Source: the human T2T-CHM13v2.0 reference genome, Homo sapiens
Assembly (NCBI RefSeq): GCF_009914755.1
Contig: NC_060928.1
Length of the DNA: 64,000 nucleotides
Strand: one strand, 5' to 3'
The position numbers were made by a program, and so were the translations under genes. Under the pieces are notes generated by a model. That model saw only the letters and a list, made by a program, of their open reading frames with translations, did not search any database and was not told the DNA's origin. Shown here in pieces: positions 32,908 through 50,275 of this stretch (its first letter is position 1; every line of letters begins with the position of its first letter).

Positions 32908-34544
32908 TTAAAGACAAGTGAACAGAGCTGAAACATCTATCAGACACCATCAAACAGAAAAACATATTCATTGTGGGAGTCTCAAAAGAAGAAGAGAAAG
33001 GAGTGGAGAGAATGTTTGAAGAAATAATGGCTGAAACCTTCCAAAATGTGATTAAGAATAAATATGAGCAACGAAGCAGCTCAGCAAAGTTCAAATAAGA
33101 TAAACTCAGAGACCCACACTAAGACACATTATAATCAATTTTTTTTAAGCCAAAGACAAGACAGAATACTAAAAAGAACAAGACAGAAGCAAGTCATTAC
33201 ACACATGGGATCCTCAATAAGATTATTTGCAGGTATCTATCAAGAAACTATGAAGGCCAGAAGGCAGTAGGCTAATACAGCAAACATGCTAAGAAAAAAG
33301 AAAATACTGTCAACCCAGAATCTTATATTTAACAAAACTGTCCGCCAAAAATGTGGAATAAATAAAGACAAATAAAAGCTGATGGAATGTGTTACCACTT
33401 GACCTGCTCTGCCAAAAAATAATCAAGAAAGTACCACTGGGTGAAATAAGTAAACACTACACAGTAACTAAAAGATTATTAAAAAATAAAGATTACCACA
33501 AAGGCAAATGTATGGTTAATTATAGAGGCTAATCTTTTTGTAACAATTGTTTGTAACTCCACTTTTTGTTTTCTACATGTTGTAAGACAATAACACATTT
33601 TTTAAAGAAAAAATTAGTCTAAAAGCTAATATTATTGTAACTTTGTTTTGAAACTCCACATTTTATCTTCTACACAATTTAGGAGACCAATGTATTTATT
33701 TATTTATTTATTTGAGGATTTCAAAAATGATATTGATTTATTAATAGATATTTAACAAATATGATCATGCATTTGAAAAAAAACTAACAAGGCTAAGTAC
33801 TAGGAAAACTATCCAAATTTAAAGCAAAACACCTTTAAGCAGAGAGTGACACATTTAAAATAGATTTTAGTTTATGTTTTTGGACACACAATTTATAAAG
33901 ATGTAATTTCATGACATCAGCTACAAAAAAGAGTGGGACCAGAGCTATAAAATAGTAGTTTTTGTATGTTACTGAAGTTAAACTGGTATAAATTTAAATT
34001 ACAGTGTTATAACTTTAGGATGTTAAGCAAAAGCCCTACGGTAAATAAACAGAAAATAGCTACAGAATATACATAAAAAGAAATTGGAAAGGGATTTAAA
34101 CATTTTGCTACAAAAAATTAACTAAACAAAAATGAACACAATAATGCACAAAATAAGGTGCACAAAAGTTATATGGCATATATAAAACAAACAGTAAAAT
34201 ATCATAAGTCAGTCCCTTTTTATCAGAATAACTTTAAATTACTAAGCGGAAGATAACTGATAAAATAGAGGACTTGATAACACAGTAAATTGACAAGATC
34301 TCACAGACATGTACAGAGTAATATACACATCAAATCAGCATACACATTATTTTCAAATGCATATGGGACATTTCCAGGATAGACCACATGTAAGGTCACA
34401 GATTAGTTTTAACAGATTAAGAAAATAGAGATCATGCAAAGTATCTTCTCTGACTACAATGGGATAAAATTAAAAATCAATAACAGAAATAAAAGTGGAA
34501 CATTAAAAATTTGTGGAAATTAACACACTGTTAATCAACTCTTG

Positions 34545-35955
34545 CACCAAGAGCATGCTTTTGGGAAAGAATATACTGTTCAATAAATGGGGCTGGAAAA
34601 ATTGGATATCCATATTCAGAAGAATAATACTAGACCCTTATATCTTACCATGTACAAAAATTAAAATAGATTAAAGACAAATGTAAAACCTGAAACTATA
34701 AAACTGTCAGAAGATACCATAGGATAAATGCTTCAGGACACTGGTGTAGGCAAAGATTTTATGAGTAAGAGTTAAAAAGCACAGGCAACAGAAAGAGACT
34801 ACAACAAACTAAAAATCTTCTGCACAGCAAAAGAAGCAATTAACAGAGTGAAAAGATAACCTGTAGAATGGGTGAAAATATTTTCAAACTATTCATCTGA
34901 CAAGGGACTAATATCCAGAATATATGGGTTGAGTATACCTGATCTGAAAATCTAAAATTAAAATGTTTCCAATTCTAAAACATTTTGAGTGCCTACATTA
35001 CACACAAGGAAAATTCTCAGTGGAGCATTTTAGATATTAGATTTTTGAACTATGGATGTTTAATCTATAAGTATAATGCAAGTATTTCTAATATAATTAT
35101 TCAAAATCTGAGTTCTAAGACTGTTGGTACCAAGATTTTCAGATAAGGGAAACTAAAGAAATTCAAACAACTCAACAGCAAAAAATAATAATAATCTGAT
35201 AAAAAATAAATGAAATCCGAATAGCCATTTATCAAAAGAATATGTACAAATGACCTATAAGTATATGAAAATTTACTCAGCATCACTAATAATCAGGGAA
35301 ATGCAAATCAAAACCACAATAAGATATAATTTCATCCTAATTAGAATGGCTATCAGCTAAAAGAAAAAAATAGCAACTGCTGCTCTAGGGATGTGGAAAT
35401 TTCAGATACACTGTTGGTGGGAATGTAAGTTAGTAAGGTATTATGAAAAACTATATGTAGGTTTCTCAGAGAACTAAAAATAAAACTACCATGTGATCCA
35501 GCAATCCCGATACTGGGTATTGATCCAAAGAATGTGAAATAAGCCAAGCACAAAAAGATAAATGCTACGTATTATTGTTCATATGTGGGAGCTAAAAATG
35601 CGCTCATAAATGTAAAGTATAGAATTGTGGCTATTAGAGACTGGCGAGGGTATAGGAGTAGATAGGGGGAGATTGGCTAATGAATACATAGTTATAGCTA
35701 GATTGAAGAAATTAGTTCTAGTGTTCTCTATCATTGGAGGGGGAATAAGGTTTACAATAATTTAGTGTATATTTTTAAAAAGTTAGAAAATAGCATTTTG
35801 AATATTTACAACACAAAAATAATAAATATTCTAAGTTATGTATATGCTAATTATCCTTATTCTATTAATACACATTGTATAGCTGTATAAAAAATCATAC
35901 TGTATCCCATAAATATGTACAATTATTACTTGTTAACTAGAAATAAAAGAAAATA
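34545..35955 (+). mobile_element. L1MA-type 3' end nested in older L1M
   Basis: ORF2 end then L1MA 3' UTR 'catactgtatcccataaatatgtacaattattac' and A-rich tail; host resumes in register. Confidence 0.85.
34924..35155. mobile_element. Tigger4/MER46 (Zombi) MITE
   Basis: TIR-like 'ggttgagtatacctgatctgaaaat' ... 'attttcagataagggaaact'; internal 'tggagcattttagat'. Confidence 0.8.
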
Positions 35956-37547
35956 ATGTCGATAAACTGAAACCAGTAGCTTTTAACAATTCTCAAATAA
36001 CAAATGGATCAAAGAAGAAATCACGATGAAAATTAGAAAATACCTACAGATGAATTAAAATGAAAACACACCATACCAAAACTTGTGATATGCAGTGAAA
36101 GCAGTGCTAAGGAAGAAAGGTAGAGCTATAAATGCTTACATTAAAAAGCAAGAAATATTTCAAATCAACAGCTTATCTTTGCAATTTAAGTACTAAAAAA
36201 AACTAAACCCAAAGACAGCAGAAGAAGGAAAACAATAAAGATTAGAATAGAGATAATTAAAATAGACTAGAAAAACAATAGAGAAATCAATGAAACCAAA
36301 GATTAGTTTTTTCAAAAATAAACACAAGTGACAAATCTTTCCTAGACTGACTAAGAAAAAATGAGAAAACTCGAATTACTAATAGCAGCAATGATAGTAA
36401 GAACATTGTTAACAATTCTACAGAAATAAAAAGGATTCTAAGAGACAAAGAAATGTATGTCAATGACTTGGATAACCTAAATGAAATGGAAAAATTCTTA
36501 GAAACTCATGATCTACCATGGACAAGTCATGAGAAATAGAAAAATCCTAATATATTTATAACTAGTAAAGAGATTGAATCAGCATTTAAGTCTTCCAACA
36601 GTGAAAAGCCCTGAATCTGATGTCTTCCCTGGTAAGTTCTACAAACCATTTAAAGAAAAACTAAAGAAGTCTTACTCACATTTCTAAAAATTTTCAGAAA
36701 AAGGAACACTTCCTAATGCATTCTATGAAGCCAGCACTGCCCTGATACCAAAGCCAAATAAAAAACACTACAAGGAAAGGTAACCACAGACAAATTTCCC
36801 TTATAAACAATGATGCAAAAATCCTCAACAAAATATGAGTGAACTAATTCAACAGCACATTAAACAGATTATAAACCAGGACCAAGTGGGTTTTATTCTT
36901 GGAGTGCAATAATGGTTTAAACATACAAATTTAATCAATGTAATATACCACATAAACATAAAGATGGGAAAAAAAGACACATGATTTCTCAATTGATGTA
37001 TAGGAAACACTTGAAAAAATTCAATGCATTTTTATGATAAAAACTCTCAACAAAGAAGGAGTAGAAAGAAACTACCTTAACATTATATAAGCCATATTTG
37101 AAAAACACTCAGAAAGCATCATAATCAATGGTGAAAGACTGAGTCCTTTTCCTCCTCAATCAGGGATAAGACAGACAGCATGCACCTTTTCACCATTTCT
37201 ATTCAGCATAGTACTGGAAGTTCTAGCCTGAGCAATTAGGCAAGAAAAAAAGACATCCAAATTGGAAAAGGAGAAATAAAATTATTTCTATCCACAGATA
37301 TTATAATTTAATATGCTAATCACCATGAGGTTAACTCTTAGTGGAGAATGGTTGCACCTCTGGAGTGACTCCCCGTATTTCATTTGTCAGTGATGACTGC
37401 TTATTGAGCCTTCCTATTGACTTCTTTGATGCCCAGCGGTCATTTATTTCTTAGAGATTTTCTCATCACTGGTAAAATCACTGTTTTAGGGTTGTTGTAT
37501 TATGCCACATTTCTATCATTGCTATCTTCTGAAATAAAACTTTTAAT

Positions 37548-39655
<2,108 letters not shown>

Positions 39656-41636
39656 TTAAGAGAAAAGTCATTATAGGCTGCTCATTTAAATTTTTAAAAA
39701 AATATTTGCAATTTATTTATGCTGCATTGATATTTCCCTGCATTATCACACACACAGTAACTAGATGACTTGACTGAAGTTTTCAACCATTGAATGACAT
39801 CACTTTTTATAGGTTATAGAAAGGTCACATATACAAAGGTTTGTACTTCACACTTGCATGCTTGGTCTCCTGAGGAAGTACTCTGATCTTTCTGAGACTA
39901 GGTTCTGTATTTTATACTTATTAAAATAGTCTCCAAGGGCCTTACGCAGTTTGTATAACTGAAGACATTAATGAAACTTTTGTTGTATTGGTATTTAGAA
40001 GCAAGCCATTTTAATATAATTCAGCCTGGCCACAAAATAACAAATAAGACATGAAATGCTCTCATTGAACTTCACTGTTGACATGAATCCTATGAAGAAA
40101 TGAGACATATAAAAGAAAACAGTTTTTTCTTCTTTCCAGTTTTTTTATATGTTCCACACAGCCTCTCAAATAACAGTCCCATTTGTTTATCAAGATATTT
40201 TAAACCCATGTTAAACATGGCAATGTGTCATATTAGAACTATGATTGGGCTTTGTGGGTGTAAACTATTGCTATAAAGCAGAAATGTTATGGTTAAAAAA
40301 ATGTACTTTTATTCGAAAAAGTGTACTTTTATTCAAGTAATTTTAAATCTACTTCCTCATTAACTTTAAAGGCATGTGTTAAACTGAAGTTTATGGTTTT
40401 AAATTAAGCATGTCAGAGGGGAGAATAAGATGTGTGAAAGTGATGACATAAATTGACAATTTATTCAGATAATGAAAGACTTGAGATACTCAAGTACTTG
40501 GAATAATAGAAATCATAAAGTACTCACAAATACTCATAAAGGTTTGTTGCACTTGCACCATGCCTCACATTTCTTATTGGTTCTTTCCACAAATCCCCAA
40601 ATCCTCAACCCAATATTCTTCATGTCATTTCCCTTTGCTCATTTAAATTTATGTATATTTAAGATTTCCTACTAGCTTGACTCATGAGTATTTTTTTTTC
40701 AAATTTGCGGCCATTCTCATATTAATGTTATTGAAAATTTAGTTTTTAAATTATGTGTTATTTCAGTTAATTTAAGTTGCTGAATAAAGGGTAAGTATAA
40801 TCTAAAATGAGACAAATTATAGATGATTCTAGGTTTTCAAAAATAAAACTTGACTAAGAAATTTAATAATTTTCTACCTTAATTGTTAGGGCCTTCAGTA
40901 TGTGCTAGCCATGCACTAAGTAGACATTAATGTCAGGTGGTCTTCTTTTGCATTGTAGACAGACTGACATCACCATGAAGAATTGGCCCACATTTGAGAA
41001 CTGCATTAATTGTGTCATTAAAAGTAATCTTACTGTTAAAGGTCAATAGGTTTTAAAATCTTAGCGATTCTGAACTGTTTCTAGGTTTAATTATGGCACT
41101 TCATATAGACTATAATTAGCAGACAGCCCTAAAAGAACAGAAAAAAAAATCCTACTCAAGTGCTTAGTTTTACATTGTAAACCATTTAGCGGTTACACTA
41201 GAGCCCATTTAAAGGTAGCTTTAAATGATCCATGGCTGGTTTCCAAAATACATAAATTAAAATTCAGCTGTTAGGGAAAATGAAGAGTTAAAAACAATTT
41301 TAATGAAAAGCAGTGATGGAGTCAGCACTACTGAGGGTATACTTTGTTTTGTTTTTAACTCTTTTAGTGAATTTGAATGTGATAATACTTTTGTAATAAT
41401 TTAGATGCTGGAAACTGACAATTTTGGAGTTCATTTAGTTTAATTCACAATTATCTGTTTGTTTACATTTGTGTGGTTTTAAAAAGTCATAACAAATTAG
41501 TGTTATAACTGGAAACACAAAATAGTAACAAAGAATGAGTAGTTTCTTAAGTCTACCATTTTACCTCCTTTGGACCAAGATAGTTTTTACTGGGGGTCTT
41601 ACCTTCCTGTTCCTGAGATCTCTTCCTGTTCCTGAG

Positions 41637-41939
<303 letters not shown>

Positions 41940-43809
41940 TAATTCAGTTATTCCTACTCTCAGCTATTTCTGCTTTCCAAGAAAGGTGTTTGAACTGGGA
42001 CCACTGGCCAGTCTTCCATTTTAAGGAAAATTGAACAGTAGTCTAATTTAGCACTCTGAACATTTAAGTTTCATAAAGAAATGTATTTCTAAGAAAGTAT
42101 GAAGCACAAATATTTATGTTTGAACAGCTCATTGTTGAATAACTCCATTTTTAATTTTGGATGCTTATCATTCTAGCTAGTATCAGTCTTAAAAATCCAT
42201 ATTGATTAAGTATTTCACTATAATTTTAATAGAATTTGTAACTATTAAAGTCCTTACTAACTAGAGTATATTGTTCTGAAATTGTGTATAATAAAAATAT
42301 TTTCGAATTTTAGTTGTTATTATGTAATAATAATGTATACAAGGATGCCATTTCTATAGGCAAAACCATTTTTATTGTAAATTAAAACCACTCTAGACTC
42401 AGGCATTATAATGTATTCAATCTTGTTTTTCATCCACTTTTTTATTGTATCACAGAAAATTATGGTTGTTTAACTGACTAACACAATTTTAAAGGTATGT
42501 CTTAATCAAACATTGCTCACTTTTGCGTTTGGGACTTGGGGGGATATCTTTGTTCAAAAACAAATGAATGGCCTCATTTAAACTCTCACTAAATGTTTTT
42601 GCCTCTGAATTTCTTCATTAGATCCAGATGTTACAATATTAACTGCCTGTAACCATTACACTAATAATCCACGAATTGACATTTTTGCTAATAATATAGC
42701 AAGCTAGGGTTTTTCTTTATCACTTTTACTTAGAATGGTGGGAGAGATGGAGAATGATGGCAATTCTCAGTCCCTGTAGTAGCCTGTTTCCAAATCGCTG
42801 TCTTTGAATGATACTATCCATTAGGCAGGTAACAGGCAAGATGTTGTTCTTACAAAATTCTATTCTGCAACAATTATGTGATTTTTAAATTAAAAATGAG
42901 GAACATATTTTACCTATGCAATTGATTAAAATGGCAGCAAATTTCCAATAACTTATTACTTAGTCACAAGACAAAATAAAGATTACATTATAATAGAGAA
43001 GGTTACTGAGTTAAAAAATTTATATTTATTTTCATACGTATATGTTCATAAGAGAAATATGTGGTATGACCCTTACAGAAGACTGAAGTTATTGTACTTC
43101 CCATGTTAATATAGCTATTTAGATAATACTGGATGGAAACAGGACTCATTTATCAAAACCAGTAGTGTCTTATGTTTTAATATATGCTTTTTGAAAATGA
43201 CATCCTCCTGTGGTCTCTCCCATAATTTTTGTGAGTCAAAACCTACAGTATTCCTAAGACCTGCTGTCTCCATGGAGACTTTAATATGCTAAGATAATTT
43301 TCCGAGTTTGTCTCAGACTTGGGAGTAATTATTTTTCTCCATTTTTGTTCCATTTTAATGACTGACATTTTATTTAATTTTCTGGCTACTCACATATATA
43401 TATATTTGTAAGTTTGATGTCAACTGTTTCCTACTTATTTTTTTACCTCAGTGAAAATGGCACCAGTAAGAGCTTTTCACAGAACTTTTGCCATAAAGTG
43501 ATACATTCTAATTTTTGTTTCCACTTGACACCTTTAAAAATAATTTCTATAATATTTCCTTCAATAATCTATAGTGCAATGAAAAAACTTATGAATATAG
43601 ATATTTTTATATATTTTTAAAAATTTTTTAAATTATAAGTTATGTAGAAAAATCTCTATTTTTTAGCCTTAAACTACCTGCCAGAGACTCGACTTCCATT
43701 TTCAACTTCCTTCCTAGTAAATACTTTCACCTCGATTTTCTTGTTTTGGGTCGGCAAGTAAATCTTAAAATATTGCAAATCAGAATTATAAACTTGATCC
43801 TCTTCTTGA

Positions 43810-44107
<298 letters not shown>

Positions 44108-44109
44108 TT

Positions 44110-44440
44110 GACTTTTTATATCGTACATTTAGCAAAACAATTCTCCCATCCACTATCCTTATAGACACCAGATCCCCAAGATTATCCTTAATTCTCCCTT
44201 TTCCTTCACTTCTTACAACTATTCTTCTCTCAAACCCTGAAAAGTTTTTCAGCTCCAGTGCTAATGCAGTCACCTAGATAGGACCTAAAAACAAATTATG
44301 CCTAAATTGTTATAATGGAATTTTAATAGATTTTCCTGCATTCACCATTTTCTTGTTCTGATTGGTCTGATACAACTTTTCCAAATTATTTTTATACAGG
44401 TATTTTCCTGCTCAAAAACTCTCTCTGTTTCCCAAAAATC
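44110..44440 (+). mobile_element. L2 fragment
   Basis: 'tcacctagat...aattgttataatgga', 'tttcctgctcaaaaactc'. Confidence 0.45.
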
Positions 44441-45969
44441 AAAAACAATCAAATTTGAGAGCCCAAAGACAGGATTACTCTGAATCTATGAATTAAGCAC
44501 CCACGTCCCTCACCGGCAAGGTAACCTTTCAGCACTCTATACCCAACTTTATATGTGTAATTTTGTATTCTATTTTATTTAAATAAAGGCTTCCAAATTA
44601 AATATGTTTCAAGAATTAAGAGAAACTAGATCTACCCCAGGTTAAGCATCAAGATTAACATTTTAAGTCACACTATAAACCTATCAAATTAACTAAAATT
44701 CAAATATGGTTGCTCAGGTAGAATAATATGTGAGAGAAAAATTAACAACTTTAAATAGTATGGAACATCTTTGTAGGTTCCCAGAGAAGGCATGATAGAA
44801 AAAAGATATAAATCTGCAATTTCCTCAGTCTTATCCCTCTAGGTTCTCTTAGCGTGAAACTGTTTAACCCATGATTCTCAGTGAATGCTGGTTAAACCTC
44901 TGGGAATAATGAGGGGGCAATTTTGTGATCACTAATGAAGAAGCAAAATGTAATATTCATGGGGTCAAGAATAAGGAAGGATTTCATCTGCATCATTAAA
45001 TACTACTGAATAGTCCATTGGTCCATTGAGTTCCTGTAGGAAAACTGAATCACCCTTATAAGACAAAGATATCCAGAACATGTCTTCCAACCTAAAAAAA
45101 GATAAATAAATAAATAAATTTTTTAAAAAAGCACAAAAACCTCCTGAATATTTTAATTACTGAATTCTGGACTATGGCCAAAACAAATAATTTCTAAGTA
45201 GAATTTTGCCTAAACCCAAATTTTGTGTGATATGCTGACTTTATAATTTAATGAGTGTTTCCTGCACTATAAGATCTGTTTTTGTTTCAGCACTATAAGA
45301 TCTGTTTTTGCTTTTTTGTTTTTTATTTTTCATCGAGATACGGATCCTGCTCTTCTCAAACCTGAATGAATTACATACTGCTCAGATTCTGTGGGAATAC
45401 CACTGAAATGTTAATGTCCAAAATATGATCAAGTAATTATCATGCTTGTTTTTGAGGCTTAATTTCCAAAAAAAAGACTAACACGCTAAAGCTAAGTAAC
45501 TATTCAAAACACTTAACAGTAAATTGTTTAAACACTCTCTTTGAAGTCGTTGCTGTCACTAGATCTTCCAGCTTTTTCCTCCAAACCAGGAGATGTCCTG
45601 GCAACAATGTCTCTCCTGGATATTAAAGGAGTGGCATGTAATTGCCTCCTCTTCCTGATCAAGGAATTCTCATGTCTGCCATAAAACATATTTTTCATTT
45701 TCTTTTTCTTGAGTCTTATCAGTGAAGAATATTAGAACTATAGAAATATAGGCAGTTTTTAGTGTCAGCTTTTAATCATGGTCCCAAGGGAAAGTTAGCC
45801 ATTGCATGCAATCTCTCTGGCCCATTATCTAGAACTTAATTTGTTTACATTGTATTTAGGTCATGATTATGTGTGTCATCTGGTTAATTCACAATATATT
45901 TTCATTGTTTTCAATATGTAACATACATTATTTATGCCATCCCCCTGTCCCGTCAATACTTATCATTCC

Positions 45970-47200
45970 AGTGTATGCCAGTAGCATCTTACTAAAAATA
46001 CCTGGAACTCTGCACCTCAGGACTTTCTGTTGACTAATGAGTGAGGGTGGAGGGAAGGCAGTCAGAAAGTGCTTAGAAGTGAATGCCCTTAAAGCAGCTT
46101 CCAGCCAATGAGAAACGTTAGTTGAAAGATAAATTTCCCAGGTTTCCCTCTGTTACAAAACAAACAAAGGCATTTCAAAACCAAAGAAAGACTGTTGAAT
46201 GAATGACTTTTACTCTTAAGCAGAGAATCCCATTTGTGATAGGTTGAATAATGATCCCAAGATGTTCATATTCAAATCCCCAGACACTGTGAATCTTACC
46301 TTCTATAGCAAAAGGAACTTTGTAGATGTGACTGAAGAAAGGATTTTGAGATGAGGAGATTATGCTGAATTATCTGAGTAGGTCCAGTGGTTTTGCAAGT
46401 GACTTTATAAGGGGGACAGGAAAGGAGTTGGAACCAGAGAAAAAGTTAGATGATGATGGAAACAGAGACTGGCGTAATAGGCTTTGACGATGGAGGAAAG
46501 TGCCACCAGCCAAGGAATACAAGAGGCCACTAGAAGCTGAAAAGGTAAGGGACACAGATTCTCTCTTCTGTTTCTCTGCAGGAACCAGCCTTGCCAATAC
46601 CTAGAAACTGTGTAGGGAAACTGGTGTTGGACTTCTGATTTCTTGAACTGTAAGAGGAAAATTTGTGTTCTTTTAAAGCTACTAAATTTATGGCAGTTAG
46701 TTATAGCATAAATAGAAGATTAATATACAGTTCAAGCACAGAGTCCAGATCGGTTCTTGGCAATAAAATTTAGAGCAGGAGAAAGAAGATAAGTATCTTT
46801 GAATGTGTTGATTTGATGTCAATATATGGGCATATTGATTAAGCAAGGACTAGGTGGCTGGAAGAAACTGCTGTGTAGGTGCAGTGCCCTTCTCAGGATG
46901 CAGCTGCCTCTGCTGTATGTGTAAGGTTCCTGGCTTAGAGTTACACTGATCATAATAGGCCACTTGGCCATATCATCTTCTCTTGGGTGAAGAGGGATAA
47001 GACTCAGACACATTCTACAGTTTCTCGGAGAGTTGTACAAAGAAATAAAATTGCCCAATAATACAATATGTATTGACATATTTCCCTTTCCTTTACTTCT
47101 CCACTCCCAAATGGGTATTTCCTGAAATCATTTCACAAATATACTACTTATATTCAAGTCCTTGTTTATGGGTCTACTTTTCGGAAACAATTTAAGATAC
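45970..47200 (+). mobile_element. ERVL LTR16-like solo LTR split by nested LTR insertions
   Basis: 5' part 'gaatgcccttaaagcagcttccagccaatgag...gataaatttccca'; 3' part 'caaatatactactt...ccttgtttatgggtctactttt...taagata'. Confidence 0.65.
46235..46727 (+). mobile_element. MLT1D-like MaLR solo LTR
   Basis: 'tgtgataggttgaataatg...gccaaggaatacaagaggccactagaagctgaaaagg...gaactgtaaga...taata'. Confidence 0.9.
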
Positions 47201-47249
47201 TGTAATATATCACAACTTAAAAGGATATTAATATTATCTAGATTGTTTG

Positions 47250-47880
47250 TCTGTCATATATGTTAGTTTCCAACGAAGTACAACCTCTGCCTGATGGCAT
47301 TAGATAAGGAATTTATTAAATAGATGAAGAGCAGCTCATAGAATATTTGGAAAAACTAGAAAAGAATGTTTGCAATTAAATGTTCAGGAATAATTTTCCA
47401 AAACTAAGCTACAGAACTGGTCTAATAACAGAACTACTGAACTTGCCACTCACTAGAGTCCAGTTTCATGGCTATCACTTCTCTCTCTCTCTCTTTTTTT
47501 TTTTTTTTTTGCCCCAGAGATTTAATTGAGGTGCCACTGCTAGTGCTGCTAATATAACTGCCATTTCTGTACTAAGGATATATTCTTGCTTACCCCAGAC
47601 CTCCACCATTGCTACCCAAGAGAAAAACAGTTTGACTGTATCCTGCTTTTTGGGTCACTAGCTCCTGAGTCAAGTATGAAGTGAAGTGTATCCAATTGGC
47701 AGGGCACAGGAAACATGTCTACTTTCTGGCAGCATGGGGAGCTGGAAAAGTGAGTGTCTGACATTCTGAACTTTCATAGTAAGAAGCAATTTCTGCTTTC
47801 CTCCAAAATTAATAATATGTAGGAATTCTTCTAACAAGAAGAGAGTCCTGATATTGTTCGACTGAAAGAAATGTCAATCA
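47250..47880 (-). mobile_element. Old MLT1-type LTR with (CT)n/poly(T) tract
   Basis: 'aggaatttattaaatagatg...cagctcatagaat', 'tccaattggcagggc', 'gagctggaaaagtgag'. Confidence 0.45.
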
Positions 47881-49086
47881 TTAACTATGATGGTCATTAC
47901 TACTTAAAAAACCACGTGACAATTTCTGTCATTCTTCAAATCATATACTTTTCTGAAAGTAAACTCAGAGTCACCAGCAATGACAGAAATTCTAATCATG
48001 TTACTAGACCTGGTTAGGGCTACATCATCTCCATAAAAGTAAATAACTCCAACTTTATATGGCAGAGCTGGTGGTCCTGCCATACTCCCTGCTAATGTCT
48101 CCTGAATCTGTCAAGTTGTTCCAAGAAAAACTTTCGGAGGGAACTAGGCTGGATTCATTTAATCCCCACCCTTGCACATACATAAACTTTAATTATCTGA
48201 CCATTAAGTTGACTGCTGTGGATTGATTAATATACCAACCCCTAGTTTGTTAAACACAGAAATATTTAGAGCCCACAACAAATTCCATTTCATATACACT
48301 CTGAAAGACCATGCTTTTAGAAACCACAGAGTTTGATGGATTTTTGCCAGGAGCACGATCTCAGAAGATGATATTTAAGGAAGCTTGGGAAGAGTCAGCA
48401 TTTCCTAACCTAAGTGTAATCCTCTAGACTAAACTGATGCCGTGTAAAATTCTAATTTACATTCCAGAGAAATCTTCAAGTAGGACACAGCTACTTTGTT
48501 GGTTAGTAATTTCCTCTTTCTTTGGATTGACTATTGGAAACTGTGTGGTATCCAGCTACAATTCCCTTCATCTTCTGTCCAAACATAAGAGGGTTTTTTG
48601 TTATTTTTTGTTTGTTTGTTTGTTTAGAAAAAAACCAATATTATTGTAACCGAGTTTTCTAAGTCTATATAAAATCTCTTAAATTTAATTATTTCTCACT
48701 TCCATAACTAATTTTCTACCTTCACGGGTAAGTTACAGAAACTATCTCAAAATCAAATATTATAATTATACATTTTAACGCATCCTGAAAATTCTCCTGG
48801 GGATTCTTGTCTAACTTTTCCATTGTCTTCTAGATAATTCCATCTCCAAACAAGATTTTGTTGTTTCCCTTACACTTTATGTATATCTTCAACTTAAATA
48901 TATTCCCCAACAACCTATTTTAAGAGGTTTTCCATAGCCCCCTTTTGCTGTAATTTCTACCTGCTTTGTCCACTTTGTAAACACAATACAACCTTTAAAA
49001 TGCCTTCTCAGAAATTTAGATCAGTCTCGGGTAAGTATGAGTATGATGTTCTCAAATTATTGTTCTTTATTTTTTCCTACAGATGA

Positions 49087-49415
<329 letters not shown>

Positions 49416-50244
49416 ACAAGCCAAGTATTTTAAGCTGGGCAGCATGAGACATTTTCTGGACCAATCTATCTTCTCCCTGCCTAGTTGTAGAGTAGCTAAT
49501 TATTTTTCTACTCTAATATACTGTTTTGTATGGCATACTGTGTACATTCGTCTCTATGGAAATACTCAAACAGGGCCAGATAAGAGATCAGCAGGCATGT
49601 CTCCTAAGCCAGGGTATGCCCTCTGATGGCTGATCATCTTTAAAAATCGCCTTTTCAATTCTTAATTTACATTGATAGCTCTTGGTTGAAAAGAGAGAGA
49701 ATCCTGTTAACAGCTGCTCACAGTCACTTCATTCCATTGAGTGATTGTTACTTGACCAGTTAGGTTAGCAGCATGGCTCCTGCTATTCCTAAGAAATTAT
49801 TATATAACTGTTTTGTTATATAATAATAGAATAAATCCCACATTTATTCTAGTAATCTTTGTATTGTGACTTTTTTCCTTAGGGTGTTTCTGTCACAGTT
49901 CTGCTCTTGCTGATAGCTAGCCTCTTCTCCCTTCAAGAGTGCATTGATAAATCATCACATTCTAGAACTGAATAGGATTTCCTTTATGCCTGTTCATAAG
50001 CTGATATTTAAATAAATGCCATAAAAACCTGCTTGAATGGAAATCTTCGTGAAACTCCATTGAGGGATGGACTCACTCTTAGAGTAAGACTGCATATAGA
50101 CCTTGTATAGCTCTTTGTTTCACAGATGATATAATCATCTGTGTGGAAAACCATAAGGGACCAAAAACCAAAACAAAATAGAACAATACAAAAAACTACT
50201 AGTGCTAATAAATGAATTTAGCAAAGTCTCAGAATACCAAGTTA

Positions 50245-50247
<3 letters not shown>

Positions 50248-50275
<28 letters not shown>
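50248..50275. repeat. (TG)n microsatellite
   Basis: About 14 TG units. Confidence 0.95.

Noticed and set aside
33535-33690. Two similar 'aactccac(t/a)tttt...ttctaca' units ~100 bp apart
   Set aside because: Most likely intrinsic repeats of the old L1 inter-ORF region rather than a local event (recalled, not verified)
49031-49082. Perfect GTAAGT...CCTACAG mini-intron
   Set aside because: 52 nt is below the usual minimum for mammalian spliceosomal introns, and there is no coding frame across it
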